DNA of 64,000 nucleotides. It comes from an uncultured Clostridia bacterium (GTDB lineage Bacteria > Bacillota > Clostridia > Christensenellales > CAG-138). The translations under genes and the position numbers were made by a program. Below the pieces are notes generated by a model. That model was given only the letters and a program-made list of their open reading frames with translations, was not told the origin of the DNA and ran no database searches. The stretch is from contig CAMKES010000001.1 of assembly GCA_946411635.1 (NCBI GenBank), positions 3,168 to 67,167 on the forward strand, written 5' to 3'. Shown piece by piece: positions 8,296 to 17,383 of this stretch. Positions within the stretch are counted from its first letter, which is position 1; each line of letters opens with the position of its first letter.

Positions 8296-8411
8296 CGTAC
8301 CCTTCCTCGTGAGACGGCGTACCCCCACCGTGAAACGGTGTATCCCTCCACCGTGTGACGACCCACTCCTCCACCGTGAGACGGTGTACCCCCCGCCGTG
8401 TGACGGTGGGG
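8296..8411. repeat. Tandem array of five ~22-bp units (consensus about CCGTGAGACGGTGTACCCCTCCA)
   Basis: CGTGnnACG(G/A) cores start at 8308, 8329, 8352, 8375 and 8397 (periods 21, 23, 23, 22). The units at 8326-8340 and 8372-8386 form caccgt-NNN-acggtg mini-palindromes. The array is intergenic between convergent genes. Confidence 0.8.
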
Positions 8412-8510
8412 AAATAAATAATAATAGTAAAGAGATAATGGGCGACGTCCCGTCAGTCGGTATAACCGCGCGCGAAGAGACCGACGCGACCGACCCGACG
8501 GGGGATCCGG

Positions 8511-8951
8511 TCAAAACAGCAGGGACAGCAGTCCGACGACGATCGAAGCGCCGATGCCGTAAACGAGAACGGGACCGGCGATCGTAAACATCTTTGCACC
8601 GATGCCGAGGACGAATCCTTCGGGCCGGTATTCCATCGCGGGCGCTGCGATCGAGTTCGCAAATCCCGTGATCGGCACGACGGTCCCGGCGCCCGCAAAC
8701 GACGCGATCCGGTCGAACACGCCGAGCCCGGTCAGCAGCGCGGTGAGGAAGATCAGCACGATCGAGGAGACGGTCGAAGCGTCTTTGTCGGAGAGCGGGA
8801 TGCGCAGGGCAAGGTCGCGGATTCCCTGTCCGAGCACGCAGATGAGCCCGCCCGTGAGAAACGCCCGGAGGCACTGGAGCGCGACGGGGCTTTTCGGCGC
8901 GCGCCGCGCGACATCCTTTTGATACGCCTTCGCGTCGAACGGCGGCTTCAT
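8511..8951 (-). CDS. spoVAC: Stage V sporulation protein AC
   Basis: 146 aa. FLTGGLICVLGQ..FAGAGTVVPITGFANSI..FTIAGPVLVYG is typical SpoVAC. Confidence 0.85.
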   Translation of the reverse strand: MKPPFDAKAYQKDVARRAPKSPVALQCLRAFLTGGLICVLGQGIRDLALRIPLSDKDASTVSSIVLIFLTALLTGLGVFDRIASFAGAGTVVPITGFANSIAAPAMEYRPEGFVLGIGAKMFTIAGPVLVYGIGASIVVGLLSLLF

Positions 8952-9064
8952 GCGCGCATCCCCTTTTCCGTGTGCTCCGGGGCGCGGGTCTCCCGGTCCG
9001 CGGGCAGCTTTTCGCCGCCGCAGCCGTGCGGATGGATGCGATAGATCTTGGTTCGATGGGGCAT
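8948..9064 (-). CDS. Small ORF (38 aa) coupled to spoVAC
   Basis: AAGGAG lies 6 nt upstream of its ATG, and its stop overlaps the spoVAC start (ATGA). Translation is MPHRTKIYRIHPHGCGGEKLPADRETRAPEHTEKGMRA. No family recognised. Confidence 0.3.
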   Translation of the reverse strand: MPHRTKIYRIHPHGCGGEKLPADRETRAPEHTEKGMRA

Positions 9065-9151
9065 GACGGTCTCCTTTTCGCGGTTTTTTGTCCGATACGG
9101 TTAATCTGCGGGCTTTCCGCGAAAATATACGATAAAATCTGAAAATTTTGC

Positions 9152-9180
9152 TTGACAGACTTGACGCGGTTTGTTATTAT
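9152..9180 (+). promoter_or_regulatory. Sigma-A promoter of rplM-rpsI
   Basis: TTGACA (9152-9157)-17 nt-TATTAT (9175-9180), followed by a ~95-nt leader before the rplM RBS. Confidence 0.7.
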
Positions 9181-9276
9181 AACCGATGTGCCATTGGGTC
9201 GAACTGCGTCACAGCCCCGACTGCGGAACGCCGCAATGCTGCAAAGAATTTGATAAAATTATATGGAGGAATCGCC

Positions 9277-9708
9277 ATGAAGTCCTATATGGCAAAGGGC
9301 GAAACCGTTGAGCGCAGCTGGTATGTCGTGGATGCGACGGATATGATTCTCGGCCGTCTGTCCAGCCAGGTTGCTGCGATCCTTCGCGGTAAGCATAAGC
9401 CCATTTTCACGCCTCACGTTGACTGCGGTGACCACGTCATCATCATCAATGCTGAGAAGGTCCGCCTGACCGGCAAGAAGCTGGATCAGAAGACCCACAT
9501 CCACCACACCGGTTTCCCGGGCGGAATCAAGGAAGTCAAGTATCGTACGCTCCTTGAGACCAAGCCGGAGTTCGCGGTCTACGAGTCCATTCGCCGCATG
9601 ATGCCGAAGGGACCGCTCGGAGCCAAGATGCTCAAGAAGCTGCGCGTATACGCAGGCCCGAACCACAACCACGAAGCCCAGCAGCCTGAGATGCTGGAGC
9701 TCAAATAA
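9277..9708 (+). CDS. rplM: 50S ribosomal protein L13
   Basis: [42 protein letters not shown].. RBS GGAGGA lies upstream of the ATG at 9277. Confidence 0.95.
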   Translation: MKSYMAKGETVERSWYVVDATDMILGRLSSQVAAILRGKHKPIFTPHVDCGDHVIIINAEKVRLTGKKLDQKTHIHHTGFPGGIKEVKYRTLLETKPEFAVYESIRRMMPKGPLGAKMLKKLRVYAGPNHNHEAQQPEMLELK

Positions 9709-9726
9709 TCGGAAAGGAGAACGACT

Positions 9727-10119
9727 ATGGCAAAAATCGCTTACATGGGCACCGGCAGACGCAAAAAGTCCGTCGCGCGCGTTCGTCTTCTCCCCGGCAC
9801 CGGCAACATCACGATCAACAAGCGTGACATCGAAGAGTATTTCGGTCTCGAGACCCTCAAGATGATCGTCCGTGCGCCCCTGGTTCTCACGAACCTTTCC
9901 GACAAGTACGACGTGAACGTCAACGTGTACGGCGGCGGCACGACCGGTCAGGCCGGCGCGATCCGTCACGGCATCTCCCGCGCGCTGCTCACCGCCGATC
10001 CGGAGCTTCGCGGCACGCTGAAGAAAGCGGGCTTTTTGACCCGCGATCCGAGAATGAAAGAGCGCAAAAAGTACGGTCTGCATGCAGCCCGCCGCGCACC
10101 CCAGTTCTCCAAGAGATAA
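9727..10119 (+). CDS. rpsI: 30S ribosomal protein S9
   Basis: ..[44 protein letters not shown]. Confidence 0.95.
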   Translation: MAKIAYMGTGRRKKSVARVRLLPGTGNITINKRDIEEYFGLETLKMIVRAPLVLTNLSDKYDVNVNVYGGGTTGQAGAIRHGISRALLTADPELRGTLKKAGFLTRDPRMKERKKYGLHAARRAPQFSKR

Positions 10120-10132
10120 TCGTCTCAAACAT

Positions 10133-10164
10133 AAAGTCCTGTGCGTTTTGCACAGGACTTTTCA
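10133..10164 (+). terminator. Rho-independent terminator of rplM-rpsI
   Basis: aaagtcctgtgc-gttt-gcacaggacttt followed by T's. Confidence 0.75.
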
Positions 10165-10224
10165 GACTGTCGAAAAAGGTGCCAGACCGTTTACGGCTAA
10201 CAAAGACAAAGGAATACTTGCATG

Positions 10225-10250
10225 AAGAAAGGGCGCATTAGCCCTTTCTT
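10225..10250. terminator. 10-bp hairpin downstream of the minus-strand gene
   Basis: aagaaagggc-gcatta-gccctttctt perfect stem, 22 nt from the stop at 10272. Confidence 0.4.
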
Positions 10251-10271
10251 TGATTGATATTTCGCCGCAAA

Positions 10272-10847
10272 CTATCCGTTAAGCTCCTTCAGGAACGGGT
10301 ATTTCATTTTGAGAAAGAACCGGTAGTCCGGCGCGTCGACGGCGTTCCGGTATTCGTCGAACGTCGTTTTCCGGATCCATTCGAGCCGGCGCTCGGAAAG
10401 CTCCGCGTAGCGCGTGATCACGATCTTTCCCTCGCGCTCGGCCTTCAGAAGCGCTTCGAGCGCGTCCGGCACGAATTCGCGGGAAACGACCTTCTGCGGC
10501 GTTTCGGCAAAGAAGCAGTTTCTGATCTTCTCAAACCGCGTGACCGCGTCGGACGGCGCGACCGAATAGATCCACCCGGGCACGCCCGCGTAAGTGTCCT
10601 CGAGCGCATTCTCATAGTATTCCGAAAAATGCAGCAGCCCGTCCGCCGTAAAGCCGTAGGTCGCCCATTTCTGCCATTTGCCCGCGTGCGCGAAGCCGTG
10701 CTCGCGGCAGGTCTTTTCCACGGCGTTCGAAAGATACACCAGCACGTTTTCGCGCTTGTCCGAAAAATAGATCCGCGGGACGCCCTCGTTGGACGTGCGC
10801 GGTTCAAGGACTTCGATCCCCGGCGTCTGCGATGCGTGATACAGCAT
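10272..10847 (-). CDS. Hypothetical protein (191 aa)
   Basis: AAAGGAGAC RBS lies before the ATG at 10845-10847 (MLYHASQTPGIEVLEPRTSNEG..). The composition looks coding. No family recognised. Confidence 0.6.
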   Translation of the reverse strand: MLYHASQTPGIEVLEPRTSNEGVPRIYFSDKRENVLVYLSNAVEKTCREHGFAHAGKWQKWATYGFTADGLLHFSEYYENALEDTYAGVPGWIYSVAPSDAVTRFEKIRNCFFAETPQKVVSREFVPDALEALLKAEREGKIVITRYAELSERRLEWIRKTTFDEYRNAVDAPDYRFFLKMKYPFLKELNG

Positions 10848-11050
10848 GGTTCCGTCTCCTTTCGTTTCCGCCTTTATCATAGCGGCTTTTCGCGGCAATG
10901 AAAAGACTTGAAATGCGCGCTCGTTTGTGCTATACTGAAACTGCAAAAAACGAGGGGTCCTTTGTGAAAACGGGGGATCCTTTTTCTGTTGCGTTCCGGC
11001 GGCGGATGTGATAATATACTATTCGTAAAAATCTGCGCGGAGGCATGCGT

Positions 11051-12421
11051 ATGCGGATCCTGATCAAAAACGGAACGGTCGTCCGGTCGACCGGCATGAA
11101 AAAAGCGGACGTGCTCGTACAAAACGGCAAGATCGCGAGGATCGCGGAGCGGATCGACGAAAGCGCCGACCGCGTGATCGACGCGTCGGGCTGCTGGCTC
11201 TTTGCCGGCTTCATCGACACGCACACGCACTTCGATCTCGACCTCGGCGTGACGGTCACGGCGGACGATTTCGAAACCGGCACGAAGGCGGCGATCGTCG
11301 GCGGCACGACGACCGTGCTCGATTTTGCGACGCAGGATCACGGCATGACGATGCACGACGCGCTCACGCTCTGGCACAAAAAAGCCGAAAAGAGTTCGTG
11401 CAATTACGGCTTCCACATGGCGGTCTCCGAATGGAACGACGCGCGAAAGGCCGAGGTCGACGACATGTTCCGCGCGGGCGTGAGCTCGTTCAAGATGTAC
11501 ATGGTCTACGACGCGATGAAGGTCACCGACGGGCAGATCTACGACGCGCAGAAGTTCATCGGCAGCCGCGGCGGCGTCATCGGCGTGCACTGCGAAAACT
11601 ACGACGTTCTGCAGGCGCGCATCGCGGAGGAGAAGGCGAAGGGGCATCTGGATCCCACGGCGCATCCGGTCACGCGGCCGCAGGCGGTCGAGGCCGAGGG
11701 CGTGGCGCGGCTCATGCGGATCGCGGAGCTTTCCGGCTCTCCCGCGTGGGTGGTGCATCTGTCCACCGCGGACGGGCTTGAGGAGGTGCGGCGCGCGCGG
11801 AAACGCGGCGTGGAGGTCTATGCCGAAACGTGCCCGCAGTACATCACGCTCGACGTTTCGCAGTACGCGGAGCCGGACGGCGCGAAATACGTCATGTCGC
11901 CGCCGCTTCGCGAAGCGGGGGACCGCGCGGCGATCCTCGACGGCATGAAAAAGAAAGAGATCGACTTCATCGGCACGGACCACTGCTCGTTCACAATGGC
12001 GCAGAAGGCGCTGGGAAAGGACGATTTTTCAAAGATCCCGAACGGCGGCGCGGGCGTGCAGAACCGCGCGGAGCTCGTTTACACGTACGCGGTCGAAACC
12101 GGCGCGATCACGCCCGAACAGATGGCGCTGCTGATGAGCGAACGCGCGGCGCGGCTGTTCGGCATGTTCCCGAAAAAGGGCGTGCTGCGGACGGGGTCCG
12201 ACGCGGATCTCGTGATCTTCGATCCGGACGATCCGCATACGATCTCGTGGAAAACGAATCTCCACGCGTGCGACAACTCGCCGTATGAGGGCGTGCGGGT
12301 CAAAGGCCGCGTGCGCGACGTCATTCTGAACGGCGAGCTCGCCGTGGAACACGGAACACTCGTGAAGCCGTACCTCGGACGGTACGTCTTCCGCAACCCC
12401 TGCGAAAGGTATCGGAAATGA
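11051..12421 (+). CDS. Dihydropyrimidinase / D-hydantoinase-type cyclic amidohydrolase
   Basis: GFIDTHTHFDL metal motif, SSFKMYMVY (carboxylated-Lys region), VHCEN, VVHLST, GTDHCSF. I chose the second ATG (11051), 7 nt after GGAGG. Confidence 0.8.
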   Translation: MRILIKNGTVVRSTGMKKADVLVQNGKIARIAERIDESADRVIDASGCWLFAGFIDTHTHFDLDLGVTVTADDFETGTKAAIVGGTTTVLDFATQDHGMTMHDALTLWHKKAEKSSCNYGFHMAVSEWNDARKAEVDDMFRAGVSSFKMYMVYDAMKVTDGQIYDAQKFIGSRGGVIGVHCENYDVLQARIAEEKAKGHLDPTAHPVTRPQAVEAEGVARLMRIAELSGSPAWVVHLSTADGLEEVRRARKRGVEVYAETCPQYITLDVSQYAEPDGAKYVMSPPLREAGDRAAILDGMKKKEIDFIGTDHCSFTMAQKALGKDDFSKIPNGGAGVQNRAELVYTYAVETGAITPEQMALLMSERAARLFGMFPKKGVLRTGSDADLVIFDPDDPHTISWKTNLHACDNSPYEGVRVKGRVRDVILNGELAVEHGTLVKPYLGRYVFRNPCERYRK

Positions 12422-14253
12422 AGATCGCATTGGTGTTGACGGCTGCCGGCATGAGCAAACGCTTCGGCAGCGATAAACTGGCTTATCCGATCGACGGAAA
12501 GCCGATGCTCCTGCATGCGCTCGAGCTCTACGACCGGCTCAAAGACCGGTTCGTTTCGCGCACCGTCGTGCTGCGCGAGGGCGCGGAGGAGCGCCGCATG
12601 GTCGCGGAGCGCATGGAATACCGCGTCGCGGAGAACCCCGATCCGGAGCGCGGCATCGCGTCGAGCGTCGTGATCGGCACGCAGGACGCCTTAAAGAGCG
12701 ATCCGGACGCGATCCTGTATGCGGTAGGGGATCAGCCCCGCGTGACCGAAAAGACCGTAAATGCGCTTCTCAGCACGTTTGAAGCGGATCCGACGCGCAT
12801 CGTCGCGCCGGTGGCGGACGGCAAACGGGGAAATCCCGTCCTGTTTCCGAAGGATCTTTTTCCGGAGCTGCTTGCGCTCACGGGCGACGTCGGCGGCAGT
12901 CAGGTCATCCGGACGCATCCGGACCGCGTCGTGACCGTCGAGGTTCCCGCGGCGGAGCTGTACGACGTGGACGTTCGCGCGACGGACGCGTCGCGCCATA
13001 CCGTGCTGCACGGCAATATCCTGACGGTCCCCGCGCTCGGCGAGCTGGACGCGGTGAAGAGCGGCTTCATCGTGCTGAACGGCGCGGGCGTGATCGAAGG
13101 CGTCTTTGAAACGCTCCCCGAGCGCTTCCGGAACGCGCAGCTTGCGGATTACGGCGACGCGCTCATTATGCAGTCGTTCTGCGACATGCACCTGCACGCG
13201 CCGCAGTACCCGATGCTCGGCATGGGCATGGACCTGCCGCTTCTGGACTGGCTCAATACCTACACGTTCCGCACGGAGGCGGCGTTCCGGGATCCCGAGT
13301 ACGCGCGGATGCACTACCGCGCGCTTGCGGAACGGCTGATCGGCAACGGCACGACGCGCGTGTGCATGTTCTCGTCGCTGCATACGGACGCGACGCTGAT
13401 CCTGATGGAGGAGCTGGAGCGCGCGGGCGTTTCCGGCTTCGTCGGCAAGGTCAATATGGACCGCAACAGCCCCGATTACTACTGCGAGACGGCGGAGGAG
13501 AGCAAGCGCGAAACACTGCGCTGGCTCGACGCGTGCGACCGGTTCAGCCGCGTGCGGCCGATCCTCACGCCGCGGTTCACGCCGTCCTGCTCCGACGCGC
13601 TCATGGAATGGCTCGGGAAGATCGCAAACGAACGAAATCTTCCGGTGCAGTCGCATCTGTCCGAAAACACGAGCGAGATCGAGCTGGTGCGCTCGCTGCA
13701 TCCGGACTGCGCGCAGTACTGGGAAACGTACCGCAAATACGGGCTCTGGAAGAGCGATACGCTGATGGCGCACTGCGTGCACAGCGACGCGCGCGAGCGC
13801 GAAGCGATCAGAACGCACGGCGTGACCGTCGTGCACTGCGCCGACTCGAACGCGAATCTCTGCAGCGGCGTCGCGCCGGTCCGCACGATGCTTGACGAGG
13901 GGATCAAGGTGGTCCTGGGCAGCGACATCGCGGGCGGCGCGCATCTCTCGATGCTGAACGTCATCCAGATGTCGATCCGCGCGTCGAAGATCAAGCGCAT
14001 CGAAAGCGGATGGACGACGCCGTTCCTGTCCGTTGCGGAAGGGTATTATCTCGGCACGACCGCCGGCGCCGCGTACTTCGGGGCGAAGCCCGGTTTTCAG
14101 AAGGGCGACCGGCTCCACGCCGTGGTCATCGACGACCGCGAGTATCCGGACACCGAGCGGCTCACGCTCAGGGAGCGGTTCGACCGCGCGGTCTACATCG
14201 CCGAGCCGAAGGACATCGTGGCGGTCTACGCCGACGGCAAGCGCCGCAAGTAA
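12418..14253 (+). CDS. Fusion protein: MocA/MobA-like nucleotidyltransferase (N-terminal ~190 aa) + guanine-deaminase-type amidohydrolase (C-terminal ~420 aa)
   Basis: N-terminus: LTAAGMSKRFGSDKL..GDQPRV..GKRGNPVLFP. C-terminus: DMHLHAPQYPMLG..HLSENTSEIE..AHCVH..GSDIAGG. The start overlaps the hydantoinase stop (ATGA). Confidence 0.75.
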   Translation: MKIALVLTAAGMSKRFGSDKLAYPIDGKPMLLHALELYDRLKDRFVSRTVVLREGAEERRMVAERMEYRVAENPDPERGIASSVVIGTQDALKSDPDAILYAVGDQPRVTEKTVNALLSTFEADPTRIVAPVADGKRGNPVLFPKDLFPELLALTGDVGGSQVIRTHPDRVVTVEVPAAELYDVDVRATDASRHTVLHGNILTVPALGELDAVKSGFIVLNGAGVIEGVFETLPERFRNAQLADYGDALIMQSFCDMHLHAPQYPMLGMGMDLPLLDWLNTYTFRTEAAFRDPEYARMHYRALAERLIGNGTTRVCMFSSLHTDATLILMEELERAGVSGFVGKVNMDRNSPDYYCETAEESKRETLRWLDACDRFSRVRPILTPRFTPSCSDALMEWLGKIANERNLPVQSHLSENTSEIELVRSLHPDCAQYWETYRKYGLWKSDTLMAHCVHSDAREREAIRTHGVTVVHCADSNANLCSGVAPVRTMLDEGIKVVLGSDIAGGAHLSMLNVIQMSIRASKIKRIESGWTTPFLSVAEGYYLGTTAGAAYFGAKPGFQKGDRLHAVVIDDREYPDTERLTLRERFDRAVYIAEPKDIVAVYADGKRRK

Positions 14254-14272
14254 CGCATGAAATGAAAAAAAG

Positions 14273-14311
14273 ATCACATCCTACCCGAAAAAAGGCAGGA
14301 TGTGATTTTTA
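14273..14311 (+). terminator. Rho-independent terminator
   Basis: atcacatcctacc-loop-ggcaggatgtgat (13-bp stem, one mismatch) followed by TTTTT. Confidence 0.75.
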
Positions 14312-14883
14312 TGTGGACCGGAAGGATCGCGCTGCTCGCGCTCGGACTGCTGACCGGCGGCGGGTGGTTCGACCGCGTGCTGAAGAAAGGAACGAAACGG
14401 GCGTTGCTTCTGCTCGTTCCGGCCGTGATCGGGCTGACGTACGCACCGACCCTGCGCGGAGCCTCGGCGCGGCTGTGCTTCGCGCCGTGCGCGTTCCTGC
14501 TTGCGGCGGCGCTTCTGTGCCCGCTCGACGAGCCGGTTTCCGCGCTGTGCGCCGCCGTGCTTTCGGGGCTTGCCGGCGCAAAGCTCTCCGACGCGTTCCC
14601 GCTGTTTCCCGAACAGGGGCTTCTGACGGCGCTGCCCGCGCTTTTTCTTGCGCAGGGCTTTGTGAAACGCACGGGCGCACGCGCGCTTGCGATCGCCGCC
14701 GCGCCGTTTTTCATGCTGCTGTTCCGCGCGGCGGGGGACGCGATGCTGTTTTCGTTCGCGGTGCTCGAGCTCGGCGACGGCGACGCGCTCGCGGCGCAGA
14801 CCGTCGGGATCCTGCTGCTTCTGATCCTCGAAGCCGTTTTCGCGCGGCTGCCCGCGCGCGGACGCGTTACGGCGCGAACGTGA
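14311..14883 (+). CDS. Possible polytopic membrane protein (190 aa)
   Basis: Hydrophobic A/L/G-rich translation, whereas the antisense ORFs are Arg-rich. The ATG at 14311 sits inside the T-tail of the upstream terminator, and I see no clear RBS. Confidence 0.4.
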   Translation: MWTGRIALLALGLLTGGGWFDRVLKKGTKRALLLLVPAVIGLTYAPTLRGASARLCFAPCAFLLAAALLCPLDEPVSALCAAVLSGLAGAKLSDAFPLFPEQGLLTALPALFLAQGFVKRTGARALAIAAAPFFMLLFRAAGDAMLFSFAVLELGDGDALAAQTVGILLLLILEAVFARLPARGRVTART

Positions 14884-15907
14884 TCCGCTGTTCCGTCGCG
14901 TTCACGACCGCGGGGACGCCGAACGGCACGATGCAGCGCGGCTGCGCGTGTCCGACGTTGACGTTGTAGACGATCGGAAGCGACGGATCGCCGACGACCT
15001 CCTTGAGGATCGCGGGATAGTCGTCGTAATACGTTTCGTCCATCGGCTTTCCGACCAGCACGCCGCTCACCGCGTCGAATACGCCGCGCCGTTTCAGCGC
15101 GAGCAGCGCGCGGCGGTACGTTTCGGGCGGCATCTGTACCTCGCTGGATTCGAGCAGAAGGATGCGGCCTTTCCAGTCTTCGCGGGAGGGAAAGAGCCCG
15201 TACTGCTCGGTGACGGCGGTCATTTCGCGCACATCCGTATGATCGAGCGATTCGTCAAGCATTTCCCCGATCGTATCGATGCAGCCGCCGAGGACCGGTC
15301 CGGAAAAGACCGGCGCGCCCTGCAGAAGAACGAACCCGTGATCGGGATGCTGCGGAAGGTCCGTTCCGACCTGATCCGGCGCGAACGACGTGCGGCTCCG
15401 ATACCATACGTTTGCGGGACGGATCTCGCGGATCGTGCCGGTTTCGATCAGCTCTTTGAAATACTGACCGGAATACGGAAGCATGGTTTTGCCGATCTCG
15501 CATACGTCGGGCAGGAACGCCTGTCCGTAAAAGGTCGGGAGTCCGAGTTTATGCAGCATGAAATGGTTGACCGTCGTATCCGAAAAGCCGAGAAAGATCT
15601 TTTCGGACAGCGCGTTTTCGAGCTCGCCGCCGTCGAACAGGTACGGCGCAAGCCGGTACGTGTCGTTCCCGCCGATCGCGCAGAGGATCAGATCGACTTC
15701 AGGATCGGAAAACGCATCGAGAAGATCCTGCGCGCGCTCCTCGGGATGCGCGTCGAGCCGGTCGAGCCCGGCAAGCGCGTGCGCGCCGAACCGGACGTTC
15801 ACACCGTACGCTTCCAGACGCCGGACACCGATATCGAGCTCGTGCTTTACGCGCGGTTCGCCGAGAATGCCTCTCGACAGACTCACGATACAGACGGTTT
15901 TGACCAT
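14867..15907 (-). CDS. S66-family LD-carboxypeptidase (MccF-like)
   Basis: VCIVSLSRGILGE..LCAIGGNDTYRL..GFSDTTVNH (Ser nucleophile region)..NVGHAQPRCIVPFG. Confidence 0.75.
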   Translation of the reverse strand: MVKTVCIVSLSRGILGEPRVKHELDIGVRRLEAYGVNVRFGAHALAGLDRLDAHPEERAQDLLDAFSDPEVDLILCAIGGNDTYRLAPYLFDGGELENALSEKIFLGFSDTTVNHFMLHKLGLPTFYGQAFLPDVCEIGKTMLPYSGQYFKELIETGTIREIRPANVWYRSRTSFAPDQVGTDLPQHPDHGFVLLQGAPVFSGPVLGGCIDTIGEMLDESLDHTDVREMTAVTEQYGLFPSREDWKGRILLLESSEVQMPPETYRRALLALKRRGVFDAVSGVLVGKPMDETYYDDYPAILKEVVGDPSLPIVYNVNVGHAQPRCIVPFGVPAVVNATEQRITFAP

Positions 15908-15962
15908 GGGAAACCTCCTTTTTCCGGAAAAAAAGCGGTCCGTTCGGGACCGCTTTGCGTGT

Positions 15963-17312
15963 TTACCGATGCAGCTTTACGGGACGGAGCAGGACTTCGT
16001 CGATCCGTGTTTCGCACAGCGCGGACGCGATGAGCGCAGTCAGCGGCACGGCAAGGATCAGCCCGATGCTGCCGGACACGCCGGTGATGATCTCGTGCGT
16101 GATGTAGTCGCCGGACAGGATCGCCTTGAAGTCCCAGTGAAAGATCTTCATCAGCAGCAGCTCGGTGAGCGCGCCGCCGGTGAACGCGAGGATCAGCGTG
16201 TTCGTCATCGTGCCGATCGCGTCGCGGCCGATGCGCATGCCGCTCTTCAGAAGCGGGAAGAAGCGCATGCCGGGATTGACGGTCTTGAGCTCGTTGATCG
16301 AGGACGAGATGCTCATCGCAACGTCCATGACCGCGCCGAGCGCCGAGATGATGATGCCGGACACGAACAGCCCGCGGATTTGGATCGTGACGCCCTGATA
16401 CTGCGCGTCGATGAGGTTCGACGTTTCCGAGGAATAATACGTCAGCCCGTCGAGCTTCGTCAGCGCGCTTGCGAACGCCGCGAACAGCGCCGCGAGACAG
16501 AAGCCCGCGATCGTGCCGAGCATCGCGGAAAGCGTTTTGCGGTTCAGCCCGTCGAGCAGGATGAAGCAGACGACCGTCACGAGCGCGCAGACGCCGAGCG
16601 TCAGCGGAACGGGCGCGTGCCCTCTGAGCAGGGCGGGGATCAGCACCAGCACGACCGCCGCGAGCGTGAACGCGAGACCGAGGATCGAGCGCAGACCGAC
16701 CTTGCCGCCGATCAGCCCTGTGACGAGCAGGAACAGCGCGACGATCAGCAGGATCGGCCGCGTGCGGTCGTAGTTCATCAGCGTGACGGAGATCTTCGGA
16801 AGCCCGTCCTCACCGAGCGTCCTGGGATCGGTCATGACGGAAACGAGCAGCGACGTGCCTTCTTCCGCGTGCTTGTCGAACATCTTGCCCATAAAGAACT
16901 GCGTCGTGATCCGGCGTCCCTTGTGCTCGCCGGTCGTGATCTCCAGGAGCAGCGTCTGATCGCCGACGCGCGCGTTCTCGGTGCTTTCGTCGATATACGT
17001 GTTGTCCTCGAGCACCTCAACGACCTTCGCGTGCGCATAGGCGGTGTACTTCGACAGGGAATCGTCCTCGATCATGCCGTCGGGAAGCGCGCCGTTTTCA
17101 AACAGCACGCGGCTCGCGTCCGCGGCGAGCGCAAGATGCGTGAAATACACCTGCGCCGCGTCGTCGCGGTCCTTGTTGTACATGGCGACCGGACGGCGCA
17201 GATTCACCGCGCTCACGGCGAACCCGACGGCGATCAGCACGACGAGCGCCGCCGCGATCCACGTCGCGGGGCGTTTCAGCCATCCGATGCAGTTTGCAAA
17301 CCGGTTTTTCAT
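15963..17312 (-). CDS. YibE/F-family membrane protein
   Basis: N-terminal TM segment, a ~150-aa extracytoplasmic segment, then many TM segments with ..GAVMDVAMSISSSINEL..GRDAIGTMTNTLILAFTG.. An alternative start lies 8 codons upstream (17336). The 789-aa track ORF is an over-extension. Confidence 0.75.
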   Translation of the reverse strand: MKNRFANCIGWLKRPATWIAAALVVLIAVGFAVSAVNLRRPVAMYNKDRDDAAQVYFTHLALAADASRVLFENGALPDGMIEDDSLSKYTAYAHAKVVEVLEDNTYIDESTENARVGDQTLLLEITTGEHKGRRITTQFFMGKMFDKHAEEGTSLLVSVMTDPRTLGEDGLPKISVTLMNYDRTRPILLIVALFLLVTGLIGGKVGLRSILGLAFTLAAVVLVLIPALLRGHAPVPLTLGVCALVTVVCFILLDGLNRKTLSAMLGTIAGFCLAALFAAFASALTKLDGLTYYSSETSNLIDAQYQGVTIQIRGLFVSGIIISALGAVMDVAMSISSSINELKTVNPGMRFFPLLKSGMRIGRDAIGTMTNTLILAFTGGALTELLLMKIFHWDFKAILSGDYITHEIITGVSGSIGLILAVPLTALIASALCETRIDEVLLRPVKLHR

Positions 17313-17383
17313 ACCGTCATTATACCGTTTTCCCATCGGTCCCGTCAAGAAAAAACGCCGCTCCGGAGAGCGGCGCGAACCGT

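Noticed and set aside
8296-8411. Possible CRISPR array
   Set aside because: The units are contiguous with no unique spacers, the period is only about 22 bp, there are just five copies, and no cas genes are nearby.
9181-9276. A named L13 (rplM) leader RNA
   Set aside because: The position is right and a ~95-nt 5' UTR exists, but I could not draw a convincing conserved structure by eye. I left it as part of the promoter/UTR description only.
14010-14969. 319-aa Arg-rich plus-strand ORF, with similar ORFs at 14274-14714 and 14309-14680 on the minus strand
   Set aside because: Extreme Arg/Ala content, overlap with the guanine-deaminase 3' end and a terminator, no RBS. The hydrophobic frame 14311-14883 is the only plausible coding frame, and I give even that low confidence.
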